DNA of 64,000 nt from Emiliania huxleyi CCMP1516 (lineage: Eukaryota): positions 620,001 through 684,000 of the forward strand of contig NW_005202427.1 of NCBI RefSeq assembly GCF_000372725.1, written 5' to 3'. The notes beneath the pieces are model-generated. The model saw only the letters and a program-made list of their open reading frames with translations. It was not told the DNA's origin and ran no database searches. The translations under genes were made by a program, and so were the position numbers. Below are positions 1 to 10,921 of this stretch, piece after piece (within the stretch, counting starts at the first letter, position 1; each line of letters starts with the position of its first letter).

Positions 1-1090
1 GGCCTTCTCATGCGTCGCTTTTATCCTTATATGTCAGTACGTACGGCTCTATCGGCCTCGTGGCCGCACACTAACCCTCAGCCAGCCTTTCACACCGAAA
101 ATCTCGGGGGGTTCCGCGAGCCCCGACCTCGGACAGAGGGGGATCCGATCGTGGTGCTGGCGTGTGTGGCGCACATGTGTGGCGCATGCGCCACACAGCT
201 CGATGCTCACCCACTTTCTCAGCACATTCACGTCACACCTCGAGACCACGCTCCGAGGTACATGCACATACCATGTATGGCGAATGCGGTTGCGGAATCG
301 GGAATGGGGAAAAGGATGCTCTCAGTCAGAAAGCTCGTCGGCTATGATTCGACGCATTGCGCCAAGGCCCAAGCTTGGCTTCCTCCACGTAAAATCCAAA
401 GAAACCGGCATCGCAATAAACGAGGCCAGGCCCTCCCCCTCGTCGGCTGGCGGGTGACGGCACGGGCTTTGTCGGTGTGGCGGCACGCTCCTCCGGGATC
501 GTGGGGATGTCGTCGTGGCGGGAATGCGAGTGCGACCGGGACGGAGTCAGGACGTCCCGCAGGCGCAGCGCGAGGAATTCCGAGTGGGCGGTTGCGGACG
601 CGGTTGCGGACATCGACGCCATGGTCTCCCCGGGGCTCCCTCCCAGTAAAATTTCTGACGAATCGTCATTCCACATCATGACGTTTTTTGGATTTCGTCC
701 GAGGACCTCCTACATGTACATGTACCCTCCTTTGGCTGAACAAGGTTTTCCTCTCGCACCCCGTCTCTTTTCCTTTCCTTTTTTCTCTGCAGCACCCTCT
801 CTTTTCCTCTCTATTTTCCCGGGAAAACCATCAAATTTCCCGGGCTCTGAGCCGAGTCTGAGTGAGGCTTGAGCACTTGAGCACTGGATAGGGTCGATTC
901 CGCGTGGTACGGGACCCCTCGATCGTCTCGCCCTCCCTCACTGGTATGTTCATTCAGGAGAGCCCCACCCGCACCTGCCCTGCAGGGTTCGTGAGTGAAT
1001 TTTCACACTTTCACTTTCACATGTGAATTCATGTGAATTTCACATGAAACGTTTCGGCCGCCCCCGTTTCACTGAAAATTTCACAAGTTT

Positions 1091-1275
1091 AGGGTGCCCA
1101 CAGGACCCAAAAGAAAATAGCTTTCCCGCTCAAAAAGGGACGCACGAGGCAAATCTGATGTTGGATTGTTCCAATAGGAGAGAGGCCTCTTCCGTCGGGG
1201 GACCGAGTTCATAGGAAACGAGGGTTTCCCATTGTGACCCGCTCGAGCGCGAGCGTGACACTGCACTTGGCGCCG
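1091..1275. repeat. Dispersed repeat; inverted copy at ~23905-24128
   Basis: AGGGTGCCCACAGGACCCAAAAG...GCGAGCGTGACACTGCACTTG matches the reverse complement of 23905-24128, with substitutions and one indel. Confidence 0.85.
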
Positions 1276-1444
1276 ACCACCTCTTTCCCGCCTGGGCGGG
1301 GCGGTGGGCGGGCGCGCGGTGCGGCGCGGCGTGTGCGTGTGTGCGTCTCCAACGAAGGACCGCTCGCAGAGGACCATTGGGTTTGTACTATTAACAACGA
1401 AGGCGCTCTCAAAAAAAGAAATCGGAGCCCGTACTACGAGTACA

Positions 1445-3139
1445 ATGATGAGTGTGTCGCCCTCCCGCAAGCGCGCCCGCACCGAGAGCGACGGTGGCGG
1501 CGAGGAGGGGGGCGAGCCCGTGGCAGTCGCGGCCGGCTTCGAGGCGCCCATCTTTGGTGCGCGCGTCGTCGGCCAGGTCACGACGCTGGCGCTCGAGGGC
1601 GAGGACGGACCTCTGGCGTCCCTCAGCCTGCGCGGCGTCGCAATCGATCACGCGGGCGGCTGGTACGTCACGACTAAGAACTCGGTGCTGCACGTCTCGG
1701 CGGCCGGGCGCGTGCGCACCGTGGCAACCTGCGAAGGCGGCGAACTCTTCGGCCTCGCCATCAGCCAAAACGGCAGCGCGCTGTTTGTGTCGGACCTCGA
1801 CGCCCACAAGATCCGGCGGGTGGAGGTGGCGACGGGTGCTGTGACGGCGATTGTGGGTAGCGGCGGAAACGGCGATGCAGACGGCGTGGGTGATGCGGCG
1901 CAGTTCGGCGAACCACGCGGTCTCACAATCAGCCCGGACGGCAGCGCGCTATTTGTGGCGGCCTGCGGCAACCACAAGATCCGGCGGGTGGAGGTGGCGA
2001 CGGGCGCGGTCACTACGCTCGCGGGTAGCGGCAATGATGGCGACGCGGATGGCGTTGGCGGCGTGGCGGAGTTCTGCTGCCCATTCGGTGTCACTGTCAG
2101 CCCGGACGGCAGCGCGCTGTTTTTAACGGATTACGGCAACGACAAGATGCGTCGGGTGGAGGTGGCGACGGGCGCGGTGACTACGCTCGCGGGCGGCGAG
2201 GAAGGCGGCGCTGATGGCGTCGGCGGCGCGGCGCACTTCAACGGAGCACGCGGCCTCGCAATCAGCCCGGACGGCAGCGCGCTGTTTGTGGCAGACACGT
2301 TCAACAACAAGATCCGGCGGGTGGAGGTGGCGACTGGCGCAGTCACTACGCTCGCAGGCAGCGGTGCCAGCGGCAGCGCTGATGGCGTGGGCGGCGCGGC
2401 GCAGTTCAACTACCCAATGGCCCTCGCCATCAGCGCCGACGGCAGCACCCTCTCGGTCTGCGCAATGGGCGGCCTCCGCCAGGTCTGCGTGGCGGCGCCT
2501 CCTCCGCCTCCCTCCTTCGCGCCGCTCGTGGTTCCGCCCTCCACCTTCTCCGCCGACATGGCCAACACGTGGGGCGACGCCACCCTCCCCACCGGCCTGG
2601 TCACCTTCCTGGTCGGCGACGACGAGGAGCGCATCGAGCACGTGAGCAAGTGCGTCCTCTGCGTGCGGTCCGTGTTCTTTCGGACCATGTTTGGCATCGG
2701 CATGAAGGAGCGCGACGCCGCCGTAGTGACGGTGCGCAAAACCGACCTCGCCACCTTCACCGCCCTCGTCCGCTACCTCCTCACCGACCAGCTCGACCTC
2801 GGCGAGGAGGAGGGCGGCAGAGCGCAGCGCGCGCTCGACCTGCGGCAGCTGGCGCAGATGTACCAGGTGCCGCGCCTCGAGCTGCTCTGCGCGCAGGCGC
2901 TGCAGGAGAGCGTCGCGCCGGCGACCGCCGTGCCGCTGCTCGAGGCGGCGCACACGATGGGCGACGGGCGGCTCCTCGCGCAGTGCCGCCGCTTCGTGGC
3001 CGACCACGCCGCCGAGGTGCGCGCGAGCGGCGGCGTGGAGCAGCTGTGCGACCTGGGCGTGGCCAAGGGGCTGCTCGGCGACGCGCTCGACCAGGTGGCG
3101 GAGCTGAAGAAGGGGGCGACGCGTGCGGCGGCGGCCTGA
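1445..3139 (+). CDS. NHL/YVTN-like beta-propeller repeat protein with C-terminal BTB/POZ domain (intronless)
   Basis: Four to five ~56-aa repeats (ISPDGSALFVAD..N.KIRRVEVATGAVTTLAGSG...ADGVG.AAQF..P.GL), then BTB (VTFLVG...HVSKCVLCVRSVFFRTMFGIGMKE...F.ALVRYLLTD...LAQMYQVPRLELLC). First ATG at 1445; the ORF-track start at 1304 is GTG. Confidence 0.9.
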   Translation: MMSVSPSRKRARTESDGGGEEGGEPVAVAAGFEAPIFGARVVGQVTTLALEGEDGPLASLSLRGVAIDHAGGWYVTTKNSVLHVSAAGRVRTVATCEGGELFGLAISQNGSALFVSDLDAHKIRRVEVATGAVTAIVGSGGNGDADGVGDAAQFGEPRGLTISPDGSALFVAACGNHKIRRVEVATGAVTTLAGSGNDGDADGVGGVAEFCCPFGVTVSPDGSALFLTDYGNDKMRRVEVATGAVTTLAGGEEGGADGVGGAAHFNGARGLAISPDGSALFVADTFNNKIRRVEVATGAVTTLAGSGASGSADGVGGAAQFNYPMALAISADGSTLSVCAMGGLRQVCVAAPPPPPSFAPLVVPPSTFSADMANTWGDATLPTGLVTFLVGDDEERIEHVSKCVLCVRSVFFRTMFGIGMKERDAAVVTVRKTDLATFTALVRYLLTDQLDLGEEEGGRAQRALDLRQLAQMYQVPRLELLCAQALQESVAPATAVPLLEAAHTMGDGRLLAQCRRFVADHAAEVRASGGVEQLCDLGVAKGLLGDALDQVAELKKGATRAAAA

Positions 3140-3530
3140 CGCGCCCCTGTGAAGAGTGCGAGCATCGACGCGCGCCACTCGTGTGTATACTAGACTGACC
3201 GTGCACTCAACAACAAACTAAGGGCGTAGACGTCTGACGTCCTTAAACAAACAAAGTGAAAACCGCGGCTGCTCCGCGCCATGTGCATGGCGTTCGAGTG
3301 AACGCCGTGCAGGCAGCCCGTGCCTTTTGGTGTACCCCGTTTGTGCCGCGTCCTGTGCCCCCGAGTTCATTTTATAAAGAACCGCGCCATTCGCTCTCAC
3401 CTGGCAACCCTGTCTGCACGTCTCGCGCGCGCGTGAACAGGGCTCCAGGCCCCAAATTACGTGTGAGTGTTAGATTTGTTTGGTATTGCTAAAAATCTCG
3501 CCCCATCGAATTCTTTTTGTTCCGCGCCAG

Positions 3531-3714
3531 TGCGCTCCGGCACACCCACCACTGGCGCGAGGGGGAGCTGCTCATCTGGGACAACCGCGCCCTGCTGCAC
3601 CGCGCGCTGCCGTGGGACGTCGAGAGCGTGCGCCGCATCATGCGGAGGGTCGTCGTGCTCGGCGATGTCGAGCGAGACGTGCCGCGGCGGTGGAGCGGTG
3701 AGGATGCGTGCTGA
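3531..3714 (+). pseudogene. Orphan C-terminal fragment of a TauD/TfdA-family Fe(II)/2-oxoglutarate dioxygenase
   Basis: HHWREGELLIWDNRALLHRA...RRIMRR matches the TauD C-terminal motif. It follows a pyrimidine tract and CAG at 3530; no upstream exons seen. Confidence 0.65.
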
Positions 3715-5268
3715 GCCGAGCGCCCGAGGTGGCGGTAGAAAGAGGGCGAGGAGTAGCCGGTGAGCCCTGTGTATACTGTGCAGGCTGTGCGTGTTTTGTG
3801 TGCGCTAGCAATGACGCTCGACCGAGACTGCGGAGTTTGCAGCCGCTGGTCCGTACTGCTGTGTCCAGCTGAGAGCGAAGAGCTCTATCGACTCGGTGCT
3901 GTGCACTCGCCTACTCTGTGTGCTACTCTGTGTCGACGCTCCGACTGTCGTGTGAGGTGTGCGTGTGAGCGTGTGATTCCGTGTGGTGAGTGCAGTGCTC
4001 TCGACTTCTCGATCAAAAAGAGCGCCTTCGGCACTACTCCCTCACGCCGCCGACGCTCCCCACGGCCGCTCTGGGGCAGAGCCGCCTAGAAGCGGAACAT
4101 CTCCCCACATCTCCCCACATCTCCCCAGATCTCCCCATATCTCGGGCCCTAGAAGCGGAATGCGCACTCTTGTCTGCCAGCGAGCGCTCGAGAGGACACC
4201 ACTCCGCTGTACTCGACCGTATCCACCTCTTTTCGCCCCGCCCCTCGTATCCCTGGGTCGTCCTTCCAAAATCCTCCTCCTGCAGGTGTGGACCCTGTCC
4301 TCCTCCCCCATCCCCGTTTGCTGCCCACCTTAAAACCCTAGTAGGTGGATAGTGTCGCTGTTTTCGAAAGGCGCTGACGGCCCGGCGCGTACCGCGCGAC
4401 GCCCGGGCTACCCACCAGTGAAAGGCCTATACCAACCCTTCAAAATGACCTACTAACTTTGGTACACTCTCACTTTGATATTTCCCGCGGTGCACACTCA
4501 AAGTCCGGAAATCTCACAGACGCGCGCGTTTTGGCCGGCTACCCCATCGGGTCGCACGGAGACACGGGAAGGCTGCCGCAAGCCGCCTCCGGGTGCAGGG
4601 GCCCGACGCGGTAGGCGGGGGCAACAGCCCGGTAGCTGGCCGCGCCTCTCCGCCCCGCCCGTCGCCGCTGCACCCCTTGCCGCGGCCCTCGTCGCTGCTG
4701 CAGCGACGACAGCCGCGGCACGAGGTCAGAACGCGGCCTCGGAGAGCTCGAGCGAAGGCGCCGACGGTGGCGGCCGTGGTAGTGGTTGATGGTAGAAGGC
4801 TCCTGAGCCGTCGGGCACCACGCTCGACGTCGCCGAGGAGCCGCACCCGGCGCGAGCGCCTGCGCGTCGGCGGGTGCCACCGAAGGCGGGTGGGCAGCAC
4901 CGGGCGGGGCGGCGGAGCTTCTCGAGGCGCGCACGTGCCCCGCGGGTCGTGCGCCGAGGCAGACGGCCGAAGAACCGGTGGAGTATCGCGCCCTCCTTCG
5001 CCGTGCCGCGTGTGCGCTGCGCCCGCTCGAGAGGCCGTCGAGAGCAGCGCGGCGCAGCCGATCCGGGCGATGAGCGTGCGCGGAACCGACCGGACTCGTC
5101 AATGTCCACTATGCGGGCATGGCCAGGCCGGCGCGGTTTGGTCTGGCGACCTACAGGGCGCGCACCGCGGTTGTGTCAACGCGAGATTCCGCGAGACCGC
5201 CTGTCTGACAGGTTATCCACCCACTAGGGTTAATCGTCAAGGGGCTGAGAATTTTCCGCACTCTTCTC

Positions 5269-6750
5269 TTGATGATGCAGGAATCCTTTGGACAGCTTCC
5301 CATGCTCAGAGACTTGGCCGGCCGAGCGCCCACGCACGGGTCGGCAGCCGGTTCGGCGTCGTCCTCCGCCGCGGCCGCGCCCGCGGCACCGCCCGCCGCG
5401 CCCGCCATGGCGATGCGGCCTCGCCGCCCGCGCAAGGTCGCGGACGGCTCTGGCGAGCCGGCGGCCCGCGGCAAGCAGCAGCACTCGAGGAGCGGAGCAG
5501 GTGAGTCTCGTGGCGGCGGCGGCGAGGAGAGCGACGGGGAGGGAGGGGCGCCGGAGGCCGGCGAGCCCGCCGAGAAGAAGGCGCGCTTCGTCTGGACGCC
5601 GGAGATGCACCTTCGGTTCGAGCGGGCCGTCCACAAGCTCGGCGTGCCGCACGCGAAGCCGCAGGCCATCCGGCAGCTGATGGGATGCGAGGGGGAGGAG
5701 TACGCGCCGACGCGGCAGAACATCAAGTCGCACCTCCAAAAGTACCGCCAGAGCCGGCAGAACTCGAGCCACGCCGCCGACGGGCCGAGTGCGCTCGACG
5801 GCGCTCCCGCTCCGCACGCACAGCAGCAGCAGCTCAACCTGCTGCAGCAGCTGGAGCTGCAGTCGAAGCTGCACGAGGAGCTGCTGCGGCAGCGGCAGGA
5901 CCAGGCCGAGCTCGCCGTCCACCTCTCGGGCACTGGCCGCGAAGCGATGCGCCCCGAGCAGCTGACCCGCCTCGCGCAGCACGTCATGCTGCAGCGGCAG
6001 CTGCTGCACCATCTCTTCGCGCTGCTGCAGGCGCACACGGAGGACGTGATGCGCGAAGGGTCGCAGGCGCGCCGACGCCCCCCCGCCCTCGCCACTCCCC
6101 CACCTCTCGGGACACCGCCGACACCGCCGACCCCTCCGGCAGCGTCGCTTGCGCAGAGCTGCACACACGCCCAGCCAGACACGCACACAAACAGCACAGC
6201 AGAGACACAGACACACAGCACAGACAGGGCACCAGCAGCGGCATACGACAACATCCGCACGCACTCTCGCACGCACACCCGCGGACGCCCAATCTCGCCC
6301 CAACCTCGCCCCAACCTCGCCCCCCGTAGCTGGCCGCCAGCCTCTCCGCGGGAGGGGCAGGGCTGCCCCCCGTCCCTCGCCTCGACGCGCATCCGCCCGC
6401 AGGGAGCGACGGAGCGGCCGACCCAGGTGCCCCCCACCCACCCACCCCACCCACCCACCCCCGCGCGCCTCCTCCCCCAGCCTCCGGCCTCGCAGCCTGC
6501 CGTGGCCTCCGCCCGGCCGGGCTTCCCCCGCCCCCCCGGTCCCCATCCCGGACCCCCCCCCCCCCCCCCGGCAGCCTGGGGCGGCGCCTTCCTCGGCCTG
6601 GCGGCTAGCGGGCTCGGCGCGAGCCAGGCGGGCGCGCTGCAGGGCCTCTCTTCGCCGCTCGGGCAGTCCCAGCCCATCGACGTGCCAGAGGTATCTTCGC
6701 AGCTCGAGGTCTTCGGCGGCTTCGACGGCATGGACAGCTCCGTCGGCTGA
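5269..6750 (+). CDS. GARP/SHAQKYF Myb-like transcription factor with LHEQLE-like coiled coil (PHR1/PSR1-like)
   Basis: KKARFVWTPEMHLRFERAVHKLG...AKPQAI...IKSHLQKYR followed by QLELQSKLHEELLRQRQDQ. The 3' part (6067-6574) probably contains introns. Confidence 0.85.
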   Translation: MMMQESFGQLPMLRDLAGRAPTHGSAAGSASSSAAAAPAAPPAAPAMAMRPRRPRKVADGSGEPAARGKQQHSRSGAGESRGGGGEESDGEGGAPEAGEPAEKKARFVWTPEMHLRFERAVHKLGVPHAKPQAIRQLMGCEGEEYAPTRQNIKSHLQKYRQSRQNSSHAADGPSALDGAPAPHAQQQQLNLLQQLELQSKLHEELLRQRQDQAELAVHLSGTGREAMRPEQLTRLAQHVMLQRQLLHHLFALLQAHTEDVMREGSQARRRPPALATPPPLGTPPTPPTPPAASLAQSCTHAQPDTHTNSTAETQTHSTDRAPAAAYDNIRTHSRTHTRGRPISPQPRPNLAPRSWPPASPREGQGCPPSLASTRIRPQGATERPTQVPPTHPPHPPTPARLLPQPPASQPAVASARPGFPRPPGPHPGPPPPPPAAWGGAFLGLAASGLGASQAGALQGLSSPLGQSQPIDVPEVSSQLEVFGGFDGMDSSVG

Positions 6751-7056
6751 CGGGGCGCGGGGGAGTTGGCGCCCGCTCAGGGTCGAGACGCGCCTGCACT
6801 GCCGTCTCGGGAGTGGTTTGGCGCTCGCATGTGCGCATCGCGTCGGGAGTAGCATATGTGTGTGCACTGGTTGACGCGGGGGACGGACTACGTCGTGAGG
6901 ACGGACTGAGAGCCAGCGAGAGGCCGGAGGTTTTATTGCAACGGATCGCTCGGTCGTGTGTGTGCGCTGTTGTTGTGTGCGCTCATTTTTGCCTGATCGA
7001 TCGGGAACGAAGTCGATGTGTGTGGCTCTCCCCCCGCGCGCCCCGCCCCCGGCCCC

Positions 7057-7808
7057 GGGTTGTTGCACGAGTATATGGGCCAAAAGCGTCGAAAATGTCC
7101 CAAAAAGCGTGTCTCGAGTTTGTTGCAGCCCCACAGCCGGCGCGCGCTGCCGGGAAGCACCGCTCGCGTGTCGGCGGCACTCCCTGGCACCCAGTGAGTG
7201 CCGCGAACAGACCAGACCGATTAGGCTCGACGCCGTGCGCGCTGTGGGGCTGCAACAAACTCGCCGCCGAGCGTGCCACCGAAAGCGTCCCGGCAGAGGT
7301 GATGGAGTGTGAGACCTGAGGCTGCGGAGGTGACGCCTGAGGTACCGGCTCGTGCACGGCGACTCAGCCGGCGACCGCCACGGGCTCAGGCGAGACCTGT
7401 CGACGCGTTCCGGCTCAGCTTCACCATGGTCCTCGGGCGTCTGTCGACGTCAGGACCACCCATACAGCTCGAGGGTTTGAGGTCGCAAGAGCCAAGATGG
7501 TGGCGTTTGGACATCCCAACCATCCCACAAGACAGCCTGTAGGTGATGGCGGGACGGCGCAGTGTTTGTGGCACTCGGCAGTAGGCACCTGCGGCACGGC
7601 CCGCTGTCGGCTCTCGCGGGCTGCGGAACCGGCCCCAGAAGGGGACGGTCCGGGCGAGTGTGGCAGCTCCTGCGCTAGTATGGGCACCCTCTATCACAAT
7701 ACTACTGATCCTGGTCATTAGAGCTGCCAGGGATAGCGTCAGGAGCCGGTAGGAGTCAAAACCCCTCATATTTGAGACATCGTGGCCCATATACTCGTGC
7801 AACAACCC
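7057..7808. mobile_element. MITE-like element with perfect 26-bp terminal inverted repeats and an internal 23-bp inverted repeat
   Basis: GGGTTGTTGCACGAGTATATGGGCCA (7057-7082) is the exact reverse complement of 7783-7808. Internal pair at 7115-7137 / 7241-7263. No clear TSD. Confidence 0.65.
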
Positions 7809-8232
7809 CCCCCCCGCGCGACATCTCTGTGGGCACAGACGGGTCCGACCCAGAGAGTCGTGCCGTATACCGCCGCTGCCGGGTGTGCGCACATCCACAT
7901 GCGTCATGGCGCGACTGGGACTGCCGGGAGGACGTGGGAGGGAGTCAGAGGAGGAGAGTGTTGCCACCAGTCCGCCACACCGACGTGGCACATGCCAGAC
8001 GACAGCACGACAGGGTCGTCACGATCTCTTCTGACTCCTCCGGGTAGGCTATTCCGACAGCTCCACCCGACGGGAGTGAGGAGTGGGTCACCGAGCCCAG
8101 GCAGACACAGGCTTGCCCAAGCCGCGTCACGGCTCTGCACGGGAGGCCGCTAGTGTCACCGCTGCCACGCCAGCGGGGTCCTGCCTCCTCCTCCTCCTCC
8201 TCCGCCTCTGGGAGTTGTGCTGCACCTCGCCT

Positions 8233-9457
8233 TCAGTGAAATCCAGAGTAGAGGCGGTAGGTCTCCCGGTTGGTGAGGCCGGTGACGCCGGGCAGGTAGC
8301 CCTTCGGCGCCGGCATCTCCCGCGCCGCGAGGCCGATGGCGGCGCTGTCGAGATCGCCCGCCTCGGCAGCGGCGATCACGTTCCTCGCGACGAAGGCGTT
8401 GAAGTTCTCCTCGACTCCCTGACGCGCCGAGGTCGCCTTGGTGCCCTCGTAGTACTCGGGCAGCGGCAGCCAGGCGGCAGCGGCGATCTCGCGTTCGCAG
8501 GCGCGGATCTCGGCGGAGAGCGGGGAGAGGAGGCAGACGCAGTACGCGTCGTCCCTCCCGAAGGCGGCGCCGTGCTGGTGGCGGAGCGCGAGCAGCGACT
8601 TGAAGCGGGACCGCACGCCCGTCTCCTCGAGCACCTTTCGAGGTGGTGCCAGGGGTGAGAGGGCCTCTCCTCCGCCCCGGCAGGGAGGCGGGAGGGAGTG
8701 GGCCGGGCGCCTCTCGCTCCACCGCCACGTCCAGCTCCTCGGCCAGATCCACGAGCCCTCCAGGCAACTTCCAGCTGCCCTGGGAAGTCGTCGTCGCCGC
8801 TCGCCGCTCCTGCACGACCAGCACCCCCTTGGGCTCACTGGGCGGGCCCAAAGGGGGCCCCTGTGAGTGGAGGCCCCACTGCATGCTTACAGCTGCCAGA
8901 GGAGCGGCACCTCGTGCCGCTCGTTGATGCACATGCCGCCGACGCCAACCACTGCAGCGGTGCGGCGGTAGTCAGTGCTGAGCGAATGGGAGGCGAGGCA
9001 GGCGGAGCTGCGACCGTGCGTGGCAAAGTCGGGCACCGGACAAGGCTCGTCCTCCGGCAGCCACGCCAGAAGCATCGCGCTCTCGCCGACCGCGTGGTGA
9101 AACCGGAAGCCGTGCGCCGCCGCGAGCGGCAAGACTCCACCTGAGATGACTGTGTGAGATGAACTTGTGCAGGCGAGATGAGGCGCAGTGGCAGGTCAAG
9201 CCTTGCGAGAGAGGAACTCTCATCCAGACGCCCTTGCGGTTGGCGTTGCGGACGGAAGCCATCACATTGTCAAGCTGTGCCGCAAAGGATGTCAGCTCGA
9301 TGGCGTCCGGCAGCGTCACAGTGGCTCCGTCGAACCGCGCTTCAGACCAGGACAGCCCATTCGCGGCCTGGCACCGGCGGCGCAACCGCTGCGTCACCAG
9401 AGCGGGAGGCCTCGAGAAGACCTGCTGCGCAACGAGGCGAAACCGCGCTGAGTGCAT
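8233..9457 (-). CDS. Nudix hydrolase, NUDT6-like (about 5 exons)
   Basis: Exon peptides RKGVWMRVPL, GFRFHHA...PDFATH, VGVGGMCINE, VLVVQE...WKLPGGLVDLAEELDVAVERE|VLEETGV. The Nudix box is split by a GC-AG intron at 8635-8710. Confidence 0.88.
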
Positions 9458-9572
9458 GCCTGCCGGCTGCTAAATCCACAGCGGCCCCGCGTGCATTTTC
9501 TTTTTTTTTTGCATGTTCATTTGAACTGCGCCGGCCGGCGAAGCGAGTACAATGCTCGAAAAACGCCTTCAA

Positions 9573-10205
9573 TCAAGCCTCACTACTCACTACTCTCTCC
9601 GCGAACCGCAGGAGGCGCCCGTCAGCGGCGACGCTGCCCATGCCGTGGTTGCCCCCCTCGATCACCTCGAGCTCAATCCCCGTCGCGGCGCACAACTTGA
9701 CGGAGTCGGCGACGGGGATGGTCTCATCCGCGTCGCCGTGGACGATCAGGCACTGTGCCTTGCGCTCCGCGGGCAGCGCGGCAATCTGATCGACGATGGC
9801 CTCGATCGCACCGTGCCGCCGCAGCTCACTGAGCGCGGGGCAGAGCATCACGGCCGGCCCCGTCCATGCACCCTCCGCGATGAGTGCCGCGGCCACGGCG
9901 CCACCCCAGCTCGAGCCGATGAGCACGTCGAATGCGGCAGGCCCTGCATCGCGCAGAGCCGTGCGCTGGACATCGACGCACGCCTCGAACGAGTCGGCCA
10001 GCGCGCCGCCAATCCACTGGGACGGCCAGCGCGTGAGCATTGCTCGCGGGGACAGCAGGCCGAGCACGACGGAGTTGCGCTTCGTCGGGTTCCACAGGCT
10101 CATCGCCATGTCCGGCGCGGTCACCGTCGCGCCCTGACTGCGCAGCGCTCTCGGCTTGAAGCCGCCGGGCCCAGACTCCAGGCCGTGGCAAAAGAGCACG
10201 CGCAT
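9573..10205 (-). CDS. Alpha/beta-fold hydrolase (YqiA/UPF0227-like esterase), intronless
   Basis: VLFCHGLESGP, nucleophile elbow GSSWGG, HGDADETIP (Asp) and GGNH (His) form a catalytic triad. Confidence 0.85.
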   Translation of the reverse strand: MRVLFCHGLESGPGGFKPRALRSQGATVTAPDMAMSLWNPTKRNSVVLGLLSPRAMLTRWPSQWIGGALADSFEACVDVQRTALRDAGPAAFDVLIGSSWGGAVAAALIAEGAWTGPAVMLCPALSELRRHGAIEAIVDQIAALPAERKAQCLIVHGDADETIPVADSVKLCAATGIELEVIEGGNHGMGSVAADGRLLRFAERVVSSEA

Positions 10206-10921
10206 GTCGGCGTGTTGAGTCGCCACAGTACGATGCTTTGTGAGCTTCGGCGGGGAGCTCGCTTTGCCCGGGCTTTTTCTTTTTAGTACTAGTGCAACCG
10301 TTCAACTACAAGTGGCTGTGAAACATGGTGCCGAATATTTTTGTTTAAGGATTTTGACATTCCCGCCACGGATTCTCGCGTTAACGCTTCGCTCGACATC
10401 AACACCCTGCTTGTAGAAGCTCGAGTCCACGAGCCTGCGCAGCGAAAAAATCGATAAAAAATTGGCGGGACGGGGCACAAACGGGGCACAAACGCCAGGC
10501 TACAAAAACGAGGAAATCTTTGGACTTTGCCTCGAAGACGAAAAAAAGAAAGAAACCCCAGCCGAAACGAGGGATAGGGGAGGAGGACAGGGTCCCCACC
10601 TGCACGAGCAGGATTTTGGAAGGACGACTCGAAGACGGAAAAGAAAAATAGCAAGCAAAGGAAGAAACTCAAACTCTTGCGAGGACGGTGAAATTCTTTT
10701 TTCCCGCGCCAGTCCCGTGCCCAGTGTAAAGAAAGAAAGAAAACTGATCACCAAGGGAGGGATGGGAGGACGTGCCCTGTGCGAGGGAGTTTGGTTGTGC
10801 AAAAAAATCCGGAAAAAATTCTTCTTTCCCGACTCCTCTCCAACCGAGGGGGGAGGGGGGGGGGGGGGGGAGCCTCTTCCCAAGAGCACCACTTGGAGCG
10901 CCGCCACTACCACCCAGAGCG

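Noticed and set aside
5151..7134. Long minus-strand ORFs opposite the Myb gene (and many similar Arg/Ala/Pro-rich overlapping ORFs)
   Set aside because: Stop codons are scarce at this GC content; these ORFs have no domain motifs, while the opposite strand carries the recognisable gene.
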